Assembly: GCA_913055875.1 (NCBI GenBank)
Contig: CAJXJY010000007.1
Span: 120,959 to 184,958, forward strand
Source: an uncultured Altererythrobacter sp.
Lineage (GTDB): Bacteria > Pseudomonadota > Alphaproteobacteria > Sphingomonadales > Sphingomonadaceae
DNA: 64,000 bases
Reading direction: 5' to 3'
Below, piece after piece: positions 54,074-62,330 of this stretch. The notes beneath the pieces are model-generated. The model saw only the letters and a list, made by a program, of their open reading frames with translations. It had not been told where the DNA came from and made no database searches. The position numbers and the translations under genes were made by a program. Numbering within the stretch: position 1 is the stretch's first letter; each line of letters starts with the position of its first letter.

Positions 54074-55639
54074 TCAGCGCGCTGCCTTCTCCGCCTCGAC
54101 CATCGCCGCCACATCGGCGAGCAATCGGTGCGCGTCGTAAACCACGCCGTCTTTTACTGTCCACCGCACCCCGCCGACCGTTTCGAGCTGGTTGGTCTCG
54201 CGATTGAGCCTCCGGTGGCCGGTGCCGTACAGTACCTTGAGGTTGTCGAGGGGGTTCTCGGGCACGATCACCAGGTCGGCGAGCTTGCCGACCGCGATGC
54301 TGCCGATCGGCGGTTCGGCGACCCCGCGCGGTTCGTAGATTTCGCGCGCACCGTTGATCGTCGCCGCCTGGATCACCTCGAGCGGGCTCAGCCCCGCCTC
54401 GCGCAGCATTTCGAGTTCGCCGATATAGGCGAAGCCCCAGGTCTGGTAGATATAGCCCGGGTCCGAACCGGCGGTGACGCGCCCGCCGCGGTTCTTGAAA
54501 TCGCGCGTCAGGTCGAACCATTTGCGGTAGAAGTTTCGCCACGCGACTTCGTCCTCGCTCGACCAGTCGTGGTAGTAGCTGCCGTGATTGGTCAGGCTGG
54601 GCGAATAGAAATCCATCAGCGCGGGTAGCGTGTAATCCTCGTGCCATTCGAAATTGCGCGCGCGCATCACGTCGCGGCTGGCGGCGTAGATGTTGAAGGT
54701 CGGCGAGAGCGTCGCCCCGCTCTCGACGAGGAAATCGACGTATTCGTCCCATTCCTCGCTGCCCGGCTCGACCGCCTGCGGGGCGAGCCGCGCGACCCAG
54801 CCGAAGCGGTCCTGCTCGTCGGCGTAATTGTAGCCCTTCGGGTAGGACGGCACCGTGCCGTCCTTGAGCAGGCTTTCGAAATGGCCGTAGAAATGCGTCA
54901 CGCCTCCGAGGCCCATTTCGATCGCCTTCCTCGCATTGACCTGCGCCACACCCATCTGCGCGAGGTGCGCAACGGTGCCCAGGTCCTGCCTGTCCGCCTC
55001 GTCGAGCGCGGCGGCGAAGGTGCTCGGGTTCGAGGAGTTGAAGAACTTGACGCCCCAATAGCCCTGAGCCTTGGCCCAGCGGACCCATTCGCGCGCCTTT
55101 TCGGGCGTGTCGGGCATGCCGCCGCTCCACTTGTCGCCGAACACGGCGTAGGGGATCAGCCGCGGTGCGACGATCGTGTTGGCCCTGCTGCGCGCGGCGT
55201 CGGACAGGTCCGGGGCGGGGCCGAAATAGAACGACACGCCGCGCACCGTCGTCACTCCGTGCGCCAGCCACAATTTGTAACCGTAGCTCGGCTGCGGTGC
55301 TTTGCCCGGGTCGCCGTTATGGCCGTGCGTGTCGATGAAACCGGGGAGCACGTACATGCCGCTCGCATCGACCGTCCGCGCGGCGCGGTTGCGCACCTCG
55401 TCGGGCGCGCCGCCGAAATGCATCGCGGCGATGCGATTGCCTTCGACCACGATATCGACCGGCCCGATCGGCGGGGCGCCGGTACCGTCGATCACCGTCC
55501 CGCCCGCGATGAGCAGGGTGGGGTAGGGCCCGCCGCCTTCGTCGGCGCCGCGATCGGGCACCTCTTCCATGCCCTGCGCGAGCGCAGCGGCGCTCCACAG
55601 CATGGCGAGGCCGGCGGCAAAGGCGCGAATGAAGGTCAT
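54074..55639 (-). CDS. Amidohydrolase family protein, secreted
   Basis: Signal peptide. GFIDTHGH metal motif. Confidence 0.85.
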   Translation of the reverse strand: MTFIRAFAAGLAMLWSAAALAQGMEEVPDRGADEGGGPYPTLLIAGGTVIDGTGAPPIGPVDIVVEGNRIAAMHFGGAPDEVRNRAARTVDASGMYVLPGFIDTHGHNGDPGKAPQPSYGYKLWLAHGVTTVRGVSFYFGPAPDLSDAARSRANTIVAPRLIPYAVFGDKWSGGMPDTPEKAREWVRWAKAQGYWGVKFFNSSNPSTFAAALDEADRQDLGTVAHLAQMGVAQVNARKAIEMGLGGVTHFYGHFESLLKDGTVPSYPKGYNYADEQDRFGWVARLAPQAVEPGSEEWDEYVDFLVESGATLSPTFNIYAASRDVMRARNFEWHEDYTLPALMDFYSPSLTNHGSYYHDWSSEDEVAWRNFYRKWFDLTRDFKNRGGRVTAGSDPGYIYQTWGFAYIGELEMLREAGLSPLEVIQAATINGAREIYEPRGVAEPPIGSIAVGKLADLVIVPENPLDNLKVLYGTGHRRLNRETNQLETVGGVRWTVKDGVVYDAHRLLADVAAMVEAEKAAR

Positions 55640-55764
55640 GAACGGTTTCCTCCCGCCGCCCGTCTATCGCCATGATGCAGGGCTGTGAAGCGGAACCGGG
55701 CGGTTCAGCCGCGCGTAAGTCGGGCGAACCGACAATCGCGCCCCATACTTGCAGGAGTATCCCC

Positions 55765-56475
55765 ATGAATCGTTACGCGCTTCCGATCCTCGCCGTCGCC
55801 GCGCTCGCCGCGCCGGCACAGGCCGCCGAGGTCCAGATCCAGTCGCAGGGCCCGGTGGTCGAGCTGACCGTCAACGAAGTGGTCTATTCCGCGCCCGACG
55901 TGGCGCAGATCGGGGCCGGGGTGCAGACCCGCGCGCCGACAGCGCAGGAGGCGGTGCGGCAGAACGCAGCGGCGATGGAGAAGGTGGTGGCGCAATTGCG
56001 CGCGCTCGGCATCGCGCGGGGCGATATCCAGACGTCGAATTTCAATCTCAACGCGCAATACGATTATCGCGACGGCACAGCGCCGCGTTTCGTCGCCTAC
56101 GAGGTCAACAACCAGGTCCAGGTCAAGCTGCGCGATCTCGAACGCGCGGGCGAGGTGCTCGACGCGCTGGTCGCGGCGGGGGCGAACAATATCTACGGTC
56201 CCAACTTCATGCTCGAAGCCGATGCCGAAGCGAAGGCCGAGGCGCGCGGCAACGCGTTCAAGAACGGCCGCATGATGGCCGAGGAATACGCCCGTATGGC
56301 GGGGTATAACGGCGTGCGGCTGCTCGAAGTGTCGGAGACTTTCCAGAGCTACGGCCCGCGCCCGCAGCTCGCCTCGCGCGCGGTTGCCGAGAGCGGCGAT
56401 GCCTCGACTCCGATCGAGCCCGGCGAAGTCGGCACCGGAGTGACCGTCACCGTCAAATACGAGATGTCGCGGTAA
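55765..56475 (+). CDS. SIMPL (DUF541) domain protein
   Basis: Signal peptide MNRYALPILAVAALAAPAQA. Pattern typical of SIMPL/26-kDa periplasmic proteins. Confidence 0.8.
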   Translation: MNRYALPILAVAALAAPAQAAEVQIQSQGPVVELTVNEVVYSAPDVAQIGAGVQTRAPTAQEAVRQNAAAMEKVVAQLRALGIARGDIQTSNFNLNAQYDYRDGTAPRFVAYEVNNQVQVKLRDLERAGEVLDALVAAGANNIYGPNFMLEADAEAKAEARGNAFKNGRMMAEEYARMAGYNGVRLLEVSETFQSYGPRPQLASRAVAESGDASTPIEPGEVGTGVTVTVKYEMSR

Positions 56476-56558
56476 ACGTTCGGGCAGGCACCCTGAACTC
56501 TGCGCAACCGCAGCATTCACAGCTTGTTCAATGCGTTTGCCCTAGGCAGGATGGTGAC

Positions 56559-56861
56559 ATGCGCAAGCTGATCGCCTCCTGCCTTGCCGGCGCAATTCTC
56601 GCCACCGGCCTCGCCGTGCCCGCTTCTGCGCAGCCGCGCACCGAGCAGGGCGAGGCGCGCAAGGAAATGCGCGCGGGCAATATCCTGCGCTCGCGCGAGA
56701 TCGAGGCGTGCGTGCTGCCGACGATGGGCGACGCCGAATATCTCGGCTTCGCCTACGATTCGACCGCGATGGCCTATCGCCTCAAATTCATCAAGAACGG
56801 GCGCGTGCTGTTCGTCGACGTCGATGCGCGCACCTGCCGTATCCTGCGGCGCAGCAAGTGA
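56559..56861 (+). CDS. PepSY domain protein
   Basis: Signal peptide, short beta-rich domain, usual position upstream of an OmpR/HK pair. Confidence 0.6.
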   Translation: MRKLIASCLAGAILATGLAVPASAQPRTEQGEARKEMRAGNILRSREIEACVLPTMGDAEYLGFAYDSTAMAYRLKFIKNGRVLFVDVDARTCRILRRSK

Positions 56862-56957
56862 TGGTGGGCGACATGGCGGGGAAACCTTCGTTCATGTTGA
56901 CGCGTTTGCCACAAGCGACCACTTAAGCGCGACACCATCACGGGGGAATTCACCGGC

Positions 56958-57635
56958 ATGCGTATCCTGATCGTCGAGGACGAACCGACACTCGGCCAGC
57001 AGCTCAAATCGACACTCGAGCAGAACGGCTATGCGGTCGACCTTTCGACCGATGGCGAGGACGGTCATTTCCTTGGGAGTACCGAGGACTACGACGCGGT
57101 CATCCTCGACCTCGGCCTGCCCGAGATCGACGGGCTGACCGTGCTCGGCATGTGGCGCAAGGAAGGGCGCCAGTTCCCCGTCCTCGTGCTGACCGCGCGC
57201 GACAGCTGGAGCGACAAGGTCGCCGGGCTCGACGCGGGCGCCGATGATTATCTCGCCAAGCCGTTCCAGACCGAGGAACTGATCGCCCGCCTGCGCGCGC
57301 TGATCCGCCGCGCTTCGGGCAACACCTCGAGCGAGCTGACCGCGGGCGATGTCCGGCTGGACACGCGCTCGGGCCGCGTCACGCTCAAGGGCGAGCCGGT
57401 CAAGCTGACCGCGCAGGAATACAAGCTGCTGTCCTACCTCATGCACCACAAGGGCAAGGTGGTCAGCCGCACCGAACTGATCGAGCATATCTACGATCAG
57501 GATTTCGACCGCGATTCGAACACGATCGAGGTCTTCGTCACCCGCATCCGCAAGAAGCTGGGCGCGGACGTCATCACCACCATCCGTGGCCTCGGTTACA
57601 GCCTCGACGACCCCGACGACCAGCCGCGCGCCTGA
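56958..57635 (+). CDS. OmpR-family response regulator
   Basis: MRILIVEDE..D..LPEIDG receiver domain plus winged helix (TIRGLGYSL). Confidence 0.93.
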   Translation: MRILIVEDEPTLGQQLKSTLEQNGYAVDLSTDGEDGHFLGSTEDYDAVILDLGLPEIDGLTVLGMWRKEGRQFPVLVLTARDSWSDKVAGLDAGADDYLAKPFQTEELIARLRALIRRASGNTSSELTAGDVRLDTRSGRVTLKGEPVKLTAQEYKLLSYLMHHKGKVVSRTELIEHIYDQDFDRDSNTIEVFVTRIRKKLGADVITTIRGLGYSLDDPDDQPRA

Positions 57636-57675
57636 CGCCGCCACTCCGGGCGACGCCGAGGCACGCGACGCGGTC

Positions 57676-59076
57676 GTGGACGGCGACGCGTCGGCGGAGG
57701 AGATCGTCGAGCATATAGAGGCGGGCCACGCCCCGCCGCATACCGGCAGCCTGTCGCGGCGGATGATCGTGATCGCGGCGGGGTGGATCGCGGTGCTGCT
57801 GCTCGCCGGCGGCTTTGCGCTCGACCGCACGCTGACCAATCTCGTGCAGCGCAATTTCGACGACCAGCTGCAATATATCCTGACCGCGATGATCGCTTCG
57901 GCCGAGGTCGGTCCCGACGGCGAAGTGTTCTTCTACCGCGCGCTCGGCGACCAGCGTTTCCTCGAACCGAACAGCGGGCTCTACTGGCAGATCAGCGGCG
58001 AGGGGCACGACGATTTCCCCTCGCGCAGCCTGTGGGATCGCAGCCTCGAACTCGAAGGCGAGTACACCGACGGCGGGGCGCATTTCTACGACAGCGGCCA
58101 GTTTGCCGGCGAGCCGCTGCGGATTGCCGAACGCACCGTGATCCTGCCCGACAGCGAGACGCGCTGGACCTTCGCCGTCGCCTCGGCGCGCGGCGAGCTC
58201 GACGCGCAGATCGCGCGCATCCGTTCGATCCTGGTATGGAGCTTCGCGGTGTTGGGGCTCGGCCTGTTCGTGATGGCGGCATTGCAGAGCTGGTACGGGC
58301 TCGCCCCGCTGCGCCGCGTGCGCGCCGCGATCCAGCGCATCCGCACCAGCGGCTCCAACCGTGTCACCGACCCGCTGCCGCTCGAAGTCCAGCCGCTGGT
58401 CGAAGAATTGAACATGCTGCTGGCGCATTCGGAGCAGCAGGCGGAGGAGGCGCGGATGCATGCGGGCAATCTCGCGCATGCGCTCAAGACGCCGCTGACG
58501 GTGCTGACCAACGCCGCCACCGCGCGCGATCCGCAGCTGTCCGACCTCGTCTGCCGCGAGACCCGGACCATGCAGCGCCATGTCGAGCACCACCTTGCGC
58601 GCGCCCGCGCGGTCGGCCGCCGCGCCACCGGTCTCTCGCGCGCCGAGGTGTGGGCGAGCGTCGAGGCGGTGCTGCGCGCGGTGACGCGGATCTACGAGGA
58701 CACGCGCTTCGACCTCGCCGGCAACGAAGATGCGAGCGTGTGCATCGAACGGCAGGATCTCGACGAAATCCTCGGCAATCTGATCGAGAACGCCGCGAAA
58801 TACGGTGGCGGCAGCGTGTTCGTCACCGTCGATGCGGTGGCCGACAGCGAGCAATGCGTCATCTGGATCGAGGACGACGGCATGGGCATCCCCCAGGCCG
58901 AGCGTACCCGCATCTTCGACCGCGGCGCGCGTCTCGACACCGGCAAGCCGGGCACGGGTCTCGGCCTCGCCATCGTGCGCGACGTGGCGGAGATCTACGG
59001 CGGAACTGTGGAACTCGACGAGAGCGAGGATCTGGGCGGTCTGCTGGTACGGCTAAGCCTGCCGCGGGCCGGTTAA
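57676..59076 (+). CDS. Sensor histidine kinase
   Basis: Two TM segments, HAMP, H-box HAGNLAHALKTPL, N/G boxes (DDGMGIP, GTGLGLAIV). Start uncertain: GTG at 57676, while the listed ORF starts at 57586. Confidence 0.88.
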   Translation: MDGDASAEEIVEHIEAGHAPPHTGSLSRRMIVIAAGWIAVLLLAGGFALDRTLTNLVQRNFDDQLQYILTAMIASAEVGPDGEVFFYRALGDQRFLEPNSGLYWQISGEGHDDFPSRSLWDRSLELEGEYTDGGAHFYDSGQFAGEPLRIAERTVILPDSETRWTFAVASARGELDAQIARIRSILVWSFAVLGLGLFVMAALQSWYGLAPLRRVRAAIQRIRTSGSNRVTDPLPLEVQPLVEELNMLLAHSEQQAEEARMHAGNLAHALKTPLTVLTNAATARDPQLSDLVCRETRTMQRHVEHHLARARAVGRRATGLSRAEVWASVEAVLRAVTRIYEDTRFDLAGNEDASVCIERQDLDEILGNLIENAAKYGGGSVFVTVDAVADSEQCVIWIEDDGMGIPQAERTRIFDRGARLDTGKPGTGLGLAIVRDVAEIYGGTVELDESEDLGGLLVRLSLPRAG

Positions 59077-59474
59077 CCCGCGCCGTCTTCCACCCAGCCG
59101 CGCAGCATCCGGCCGACCGCAGCGGCGTTCTGCCCATGGTAGCGGTCGTTGTGCCAGCGCAACATGCGGATCGTGCCGAGTGCGGCCTCGTCGGTGAATT
59201 CGAGCCCCGCGGCCTGGCCTTCGGTCCACGCCACCATGCACAATTCGTCGAGCGGCGAGCAGGCGAGGACGCATTCGCGCCCCTCGCGAAGAGTCGCGTC
59301 GGTAACGATCCGCGCGCCCGTGCGCGAGATGTCCTCGATCGCGCATTCGAACTCGCCGTCGAGCGTGGTGAGCGTTCCGGGCAGCAGCACGGCGAGCCGT
59401 TCGGCGCCGCGCCGGTTGGCGGAGGCATCGATTGCGCATTCGGGCGCGGGGTCGGGATGCGGCAGGCTCGCCAT
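59073..59474 (-). CDS. PilZ domain protein
   Basis: RRGAER (RxxxR) and DISRTGA (D/NxSxxG) c-di-GMP binding motifs. Confidence 0.75.
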   Translation of the reverse strand: MASLPHPDPAPECAIDASANRRGAERLAVLLPGTLTTLDGEFECAIEDISRTGARIVTDATLREGRECVLACSPLDELCMVAWTEGQAAGLEFTDEAALGTIRMLRWHNDRYHGQNAAAVGRMLRGWVEDGAG

Positions 59475-59626
59475 GCATGGTAAATTACGCGGTAACCATG
59501 AAATTCCGGTAAACGGGAATGGCCGTATTCGACGCAGCTAACCGACTCAAAAACCGCGTGTTTCGCGGAACCGGACCCGGCTTCGCGCATAGTATGGTTA
59601 ATCGAATATTTCCGGGGAGATATCTC

Positions 59627-60130
59627 ATGGCGCCGCGCATTCCCGCTTTCGCGCTGCTCGCCGCGACCGCGCTCGGTCTCGGCGCGTGCAGCACTTACGA
59701 CGATGGCTACGGCTATCGCTACGGTGGTGCTCACTACGGCTACGACAACGGCGGTGGCTACTACGATTACGGCGACGGGTATTACGGCGATGGATACGCG
59801 CGCGGCGGATATTACGAACAACGTTCGGGCGCCTACTATCCGGCCTATTTCGGCTGGTACAACCAGTATTACTATCCGGGGACCGGCTATTACATCTACA
59901 GCCGTTCGGGCGATCGTTATCGCTGGAACGACGCGACGCGGCGTTATTGGGAATCGCGGCGCTTGCGTTATCGCGACGGCACCGAGCACCGCGGCCCGTG
60001 GCGCGACAACTGGTCGGGCTATGCCCGCCATCGCGAGGGCTACTACTACGACCCGCGCCCGCGCCGGCGTTACGACCGCGCACCGCGCCGGGACGACCGG
60101 CGCTACGAACGCCGGCGCTATCGCGACTAG
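59627..60130 (+). CDS. Tyr/Gly-rich then Arg-rich lipoprotein
   Basis: Lipobox LGLGAC after MAPRIPAFALLAATA. Low-complexity YG repeats and RR-rich tail. Confidence 0.6.
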   Translation: MAPRIPAFALLAATALGLGACSTYDDGYGYRYGGAHYGYDNGGGYYDYGDGYYGDGYARGGYYEQRSGAYYPAYFGWYNQYYYPGTGYYIYSRSGDRYRWNDATRRYWESRRLRYRDGTEHRGPWRDNWSGYARHREGYYYDPRPRRRYDRAPRRDDRRYERRRYRD

Positions 60131-60420
60131 CCGGCGCGCGCCTTTTCGTGATGCCGGATCACCTCTTCGATCACGAAGCGGATGAACTTCTCGCCGAATT
60201 CGGGGTCGAGGTCCGATTCCTCCGCCAGCTTGCGCAGCCGCGCGATCTGGTCCTGCTCGCGCGACGGATCGGCTGGCGGCAGGTTCGCCTGCGCCTTGTA
60301 GCGCCCCACCGCCTGGGTAATGCGAAAACGCTCGGCCAGCATATGCACCAGCGCCGCGTCGATATTGTCGATGCTGCGGCGGAAGGCGGCGAGTTGCGCG
60401 TCGGGATCGGTATCGCTCAT
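60127..60420 (-). CDS. Chorismate mutase (AroQ class)
   Basis: LAAFRRSIDNIDAALVHMLAERF...VGRYK pattern. 97 aa. Confidence 0.85.
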   Translation of the reverse strand: MSDTDPDAQLAAFRRSIDNIDAALVHMLAERFRITQAVGRYKAQANLPPADPSREQDQIARLRKLAEESDLDPEFGEKFIRFVIEEVIRHHEKARAG

Positions 60421-60497
60421 TGCGCAACATCTATCACGCGCTTTGCAACACTTCCATGCTTGCCAAGCGCGCGGGGTATCCGCATGGCGATGGCGTC

Positions 60498-61508
60498 ATG
60501 ACCGCCGAGATCATCCCCCTCCCGCGCCGCAACCCCACGCTCGATCCGATGCTCGCGCTGACGGCCTCGGGGATGAACGCGGTCAATGCGGTGATCCTCG
60601 AGCGGATGCAGAGCGAGATCCCGCTGATCCCGCGGCTTGCCGGCCACCTGATCTCGGGCGGCGGCAAGCGTCTGCGCCCAATGCTGACGCTCGCCGGGGC
60701 GGAGCTGGTCGGCTACAACGGCACGCGCCATCACAAGCTCGCCGCGGCGGTCGAGTTCATCCACACCGCGACGCTGCTCCATGACGACGTCGTCGACGGC
60801 AGCGAGCTGCGGCGCGGCAAGACCGCCGCCAATATCGTGTTCGGCAATCCCGCCACCGTGCTGGTCGGCGATTTCCTGTTCAGCCGCGCCTTCGAGCTGA
60901 TGACCGAGGACGGCAGCCTCAAGGTGCTCAAGATCCTCTCCAGCGCGAGCGCGATCATCGCCGAGGGCGAGGTCTCGCAGCTCACCGCGCAGCGCCAGAT
61001 CGAGACCAGCGAGGAACGCTACCTGCAGATTATCGGCGCCAAGACCGCCGCGCTGTTCGCCGCCGCCAGCCGCATCGCCGCGGTGGTCGCCGAATGCGGC
61101 GAGGCGGAGGAGCAGGCGCTGGAGGATTACGGCCGCAATCTAGGCGTCGCCTTCCAGCTGGTCGACGACGCGATCGACTACGATTCGGATGCTGCGGAGA
61201 TGGGCAAGGACCGCGGCGACGATTTCCGCGAAGGCAAGATGACACTGCCGGTGATCCTCGCCTATGCGCGCGGCAACGAGGAAGAACGGCGCTTCTGGCA
61301 GTCGGCCATCCTCGGTCACCGCACCACCGACGCCGACCTCGACCAGGCGATCGCGCTGATCGCGAAGTACGACGCGGTCGACACCACCCGCGAACGCGCC
61401 CGCCATTTCGCCGACCGTGCGATCGACGCGATCTCGATCTTCCCCGACAGCAAGGCCCGCGCGGCGATGGCCGAAGCGGCGCATTTCGCCGTGGCGCGGG
61501 GGTATTGA
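60498..61508 (+). CDS. ispB: Polyprenyl (octaprenyl) diphosphate synthase
   Basis: GGKRLRP, LLHDDVVD (DDxxD), second DDAIDY motif. ATG at 60498. Confidence 0.88.
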   Translation: MTAEIIPLPRRNPTLDPMLALTASGMNAVNAVILERMQSEIPLIPRLAGHLISGGGKRLRPMLTLAGAELVGYNGTRHHKLAAAVEFIHTATLLHDDVVDGSELRRGKTAANIVFGNPATVLVGDFLFSRAFELMTEDGSLKVLKILSSASAIIAEGEVSQLTAQRQIETSEERYLQIIGAKTAALFAAASRIAAVVAECGEAEEQALEDYGRNLGVAFQLVDDAIDYDSDAAEMGKDRGDDFREGKMTLPVILAYARGNEEERRFWQSAILGHRTTDADLDQAIALIAKYDAVDTTRERARHFADRAIDAISIFPDSKARAAMAEAAHFAVARGY

Positions 61509-61516
61509 CGGGGCAT

Positions 61517-61575
61517 TGTAAAAAATCTTTGACATCGCTGTTCGCGCTTCCTATCTGTGTAAAAGATTTTTGACA
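61517..61575. promoter_or_regulatory. Two 18-bp pseudo-palindromic boxes (direct repeat) upstream of the membrane-protein/XRE operon
   Basis: TGTAAAAAATCTTTGACA at 61517-61534 and TGTAAAAGATTTTTGACA at 61558-61575. Each contains TTGACA. Confidence 0.6.
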
Positions 61576-61595
61576 CAGACGGGAAGGAGTTCACG

Positions 61596-61997
61596 ATGTC
61601 GTTCAGGGAAAAGTCGGCCTGGGTCATGGCTGCGGTGTTGCTTGCGGTCGGGGCGTTCTACGTGAAGCTGGTCACGGTCGACGGGGTGCCGCCGGCAGCC
61701 GCGGCGATACCCTTCGTGCTGGCCGTCATCGTTCTCTCGGTCGCCGCCCAGATCGTGCTGGCGATAGCCTCGCCAAAGGAGGCTTCGAGCCCGGCAGACG
61801 AGCGCGAGCGGGTCGCGATCGACAAGGCGGGGCATTTCTCGTCCTACGTGCTCGCGGTCGGCGTGCTGGTCGGGCTGGGGCAGTTCATGCTCACCGCCGA
61901 CGGCAACGGCATGTTCCATACCATGCTGACCTGCCTTATCCTCAGCCAGGTCTCCGAATACGGCGCGCAGGTGTTCTTCTTCCGCCGGGCCATGTGA
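61596..61997 (+). CDS. Small multi-pass membrane protein (DUF2178-like partner of a YozG-type regulator)
   Basis: Four hydrophobic segments. GGAGT RBS. Stop 1 nt before the next ATG. Confidence 0.6.
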   Translation: MSFREKSAWVMAAVLLAVGAFYVKLVTVDGVPPAAAAIPFVLAVIVLSVAAQIVLAIASPKEASSPADERERVAIDKAGHFSSYVLAVGVLVGLGQFMLTADGNGMFHTMLTCLILSQVSEYGAQVFFFRRAM

Positions 61998-61998
61998 G

Positions 61999-62217
61999 AT
62001 GGGCAAGCGTACGCCGATCACCAACCGCGTGCGCGAATTGCGCGAAGCCAACGGGGCGATGAGCCAGGCGGCGCTGGGCGAGGCGGTCGGCGTCACCCGC
62101 CAGACCATCATCGCCATCGAACAGGGCCGCTATTCCCCCAGCCTCGAAACCGCCTTCCGTATCTCGCGGCTGTTCGGGGTCGGGCTGGAGGACGTGTTCG
62201 GCTGGGAGGAGGAGTGA
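61999..62217 (+). CDS. XRE-family HTH transcriptional regulator (short, YozG-like)
   Basis: NRVRELREANGAMSQAALGEAVGVTRQTIIAIEQGRYSPSLETAFRISRLF. Confidence 0.88.
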   Translation: MGKRTPITNRVRELREANGAMSQAALGEAVGVTRQTIIAIEQGRYSPSLETAFRISRLFGVGLEDVFGWEEE

Positions 62218-62225
62218 AGCAATTA

Positions 62226-62307
62226 CGTCATCCCGGACTTGATCCGGGATCTCTCGCCGCACTGCGCGACTTGCCCGCACGAGATCCCGGCTTTCGCCGG
62301 GATGACG
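62226..62307. repeat. REP-like hairpin doublet of the same family as the GIY-YIG flanks
   Basis: CGTCATCCCGGACTTGATCCGGGATCTC at 62226-62253 and GAGATCCCGGCTTTCGCCGGGATGACG at 62281-62307, in inverted orientation. Confidence 0.88.
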
Positions 62308-62330
62308 AAATCGGCTAGCTGTATTGGGAC

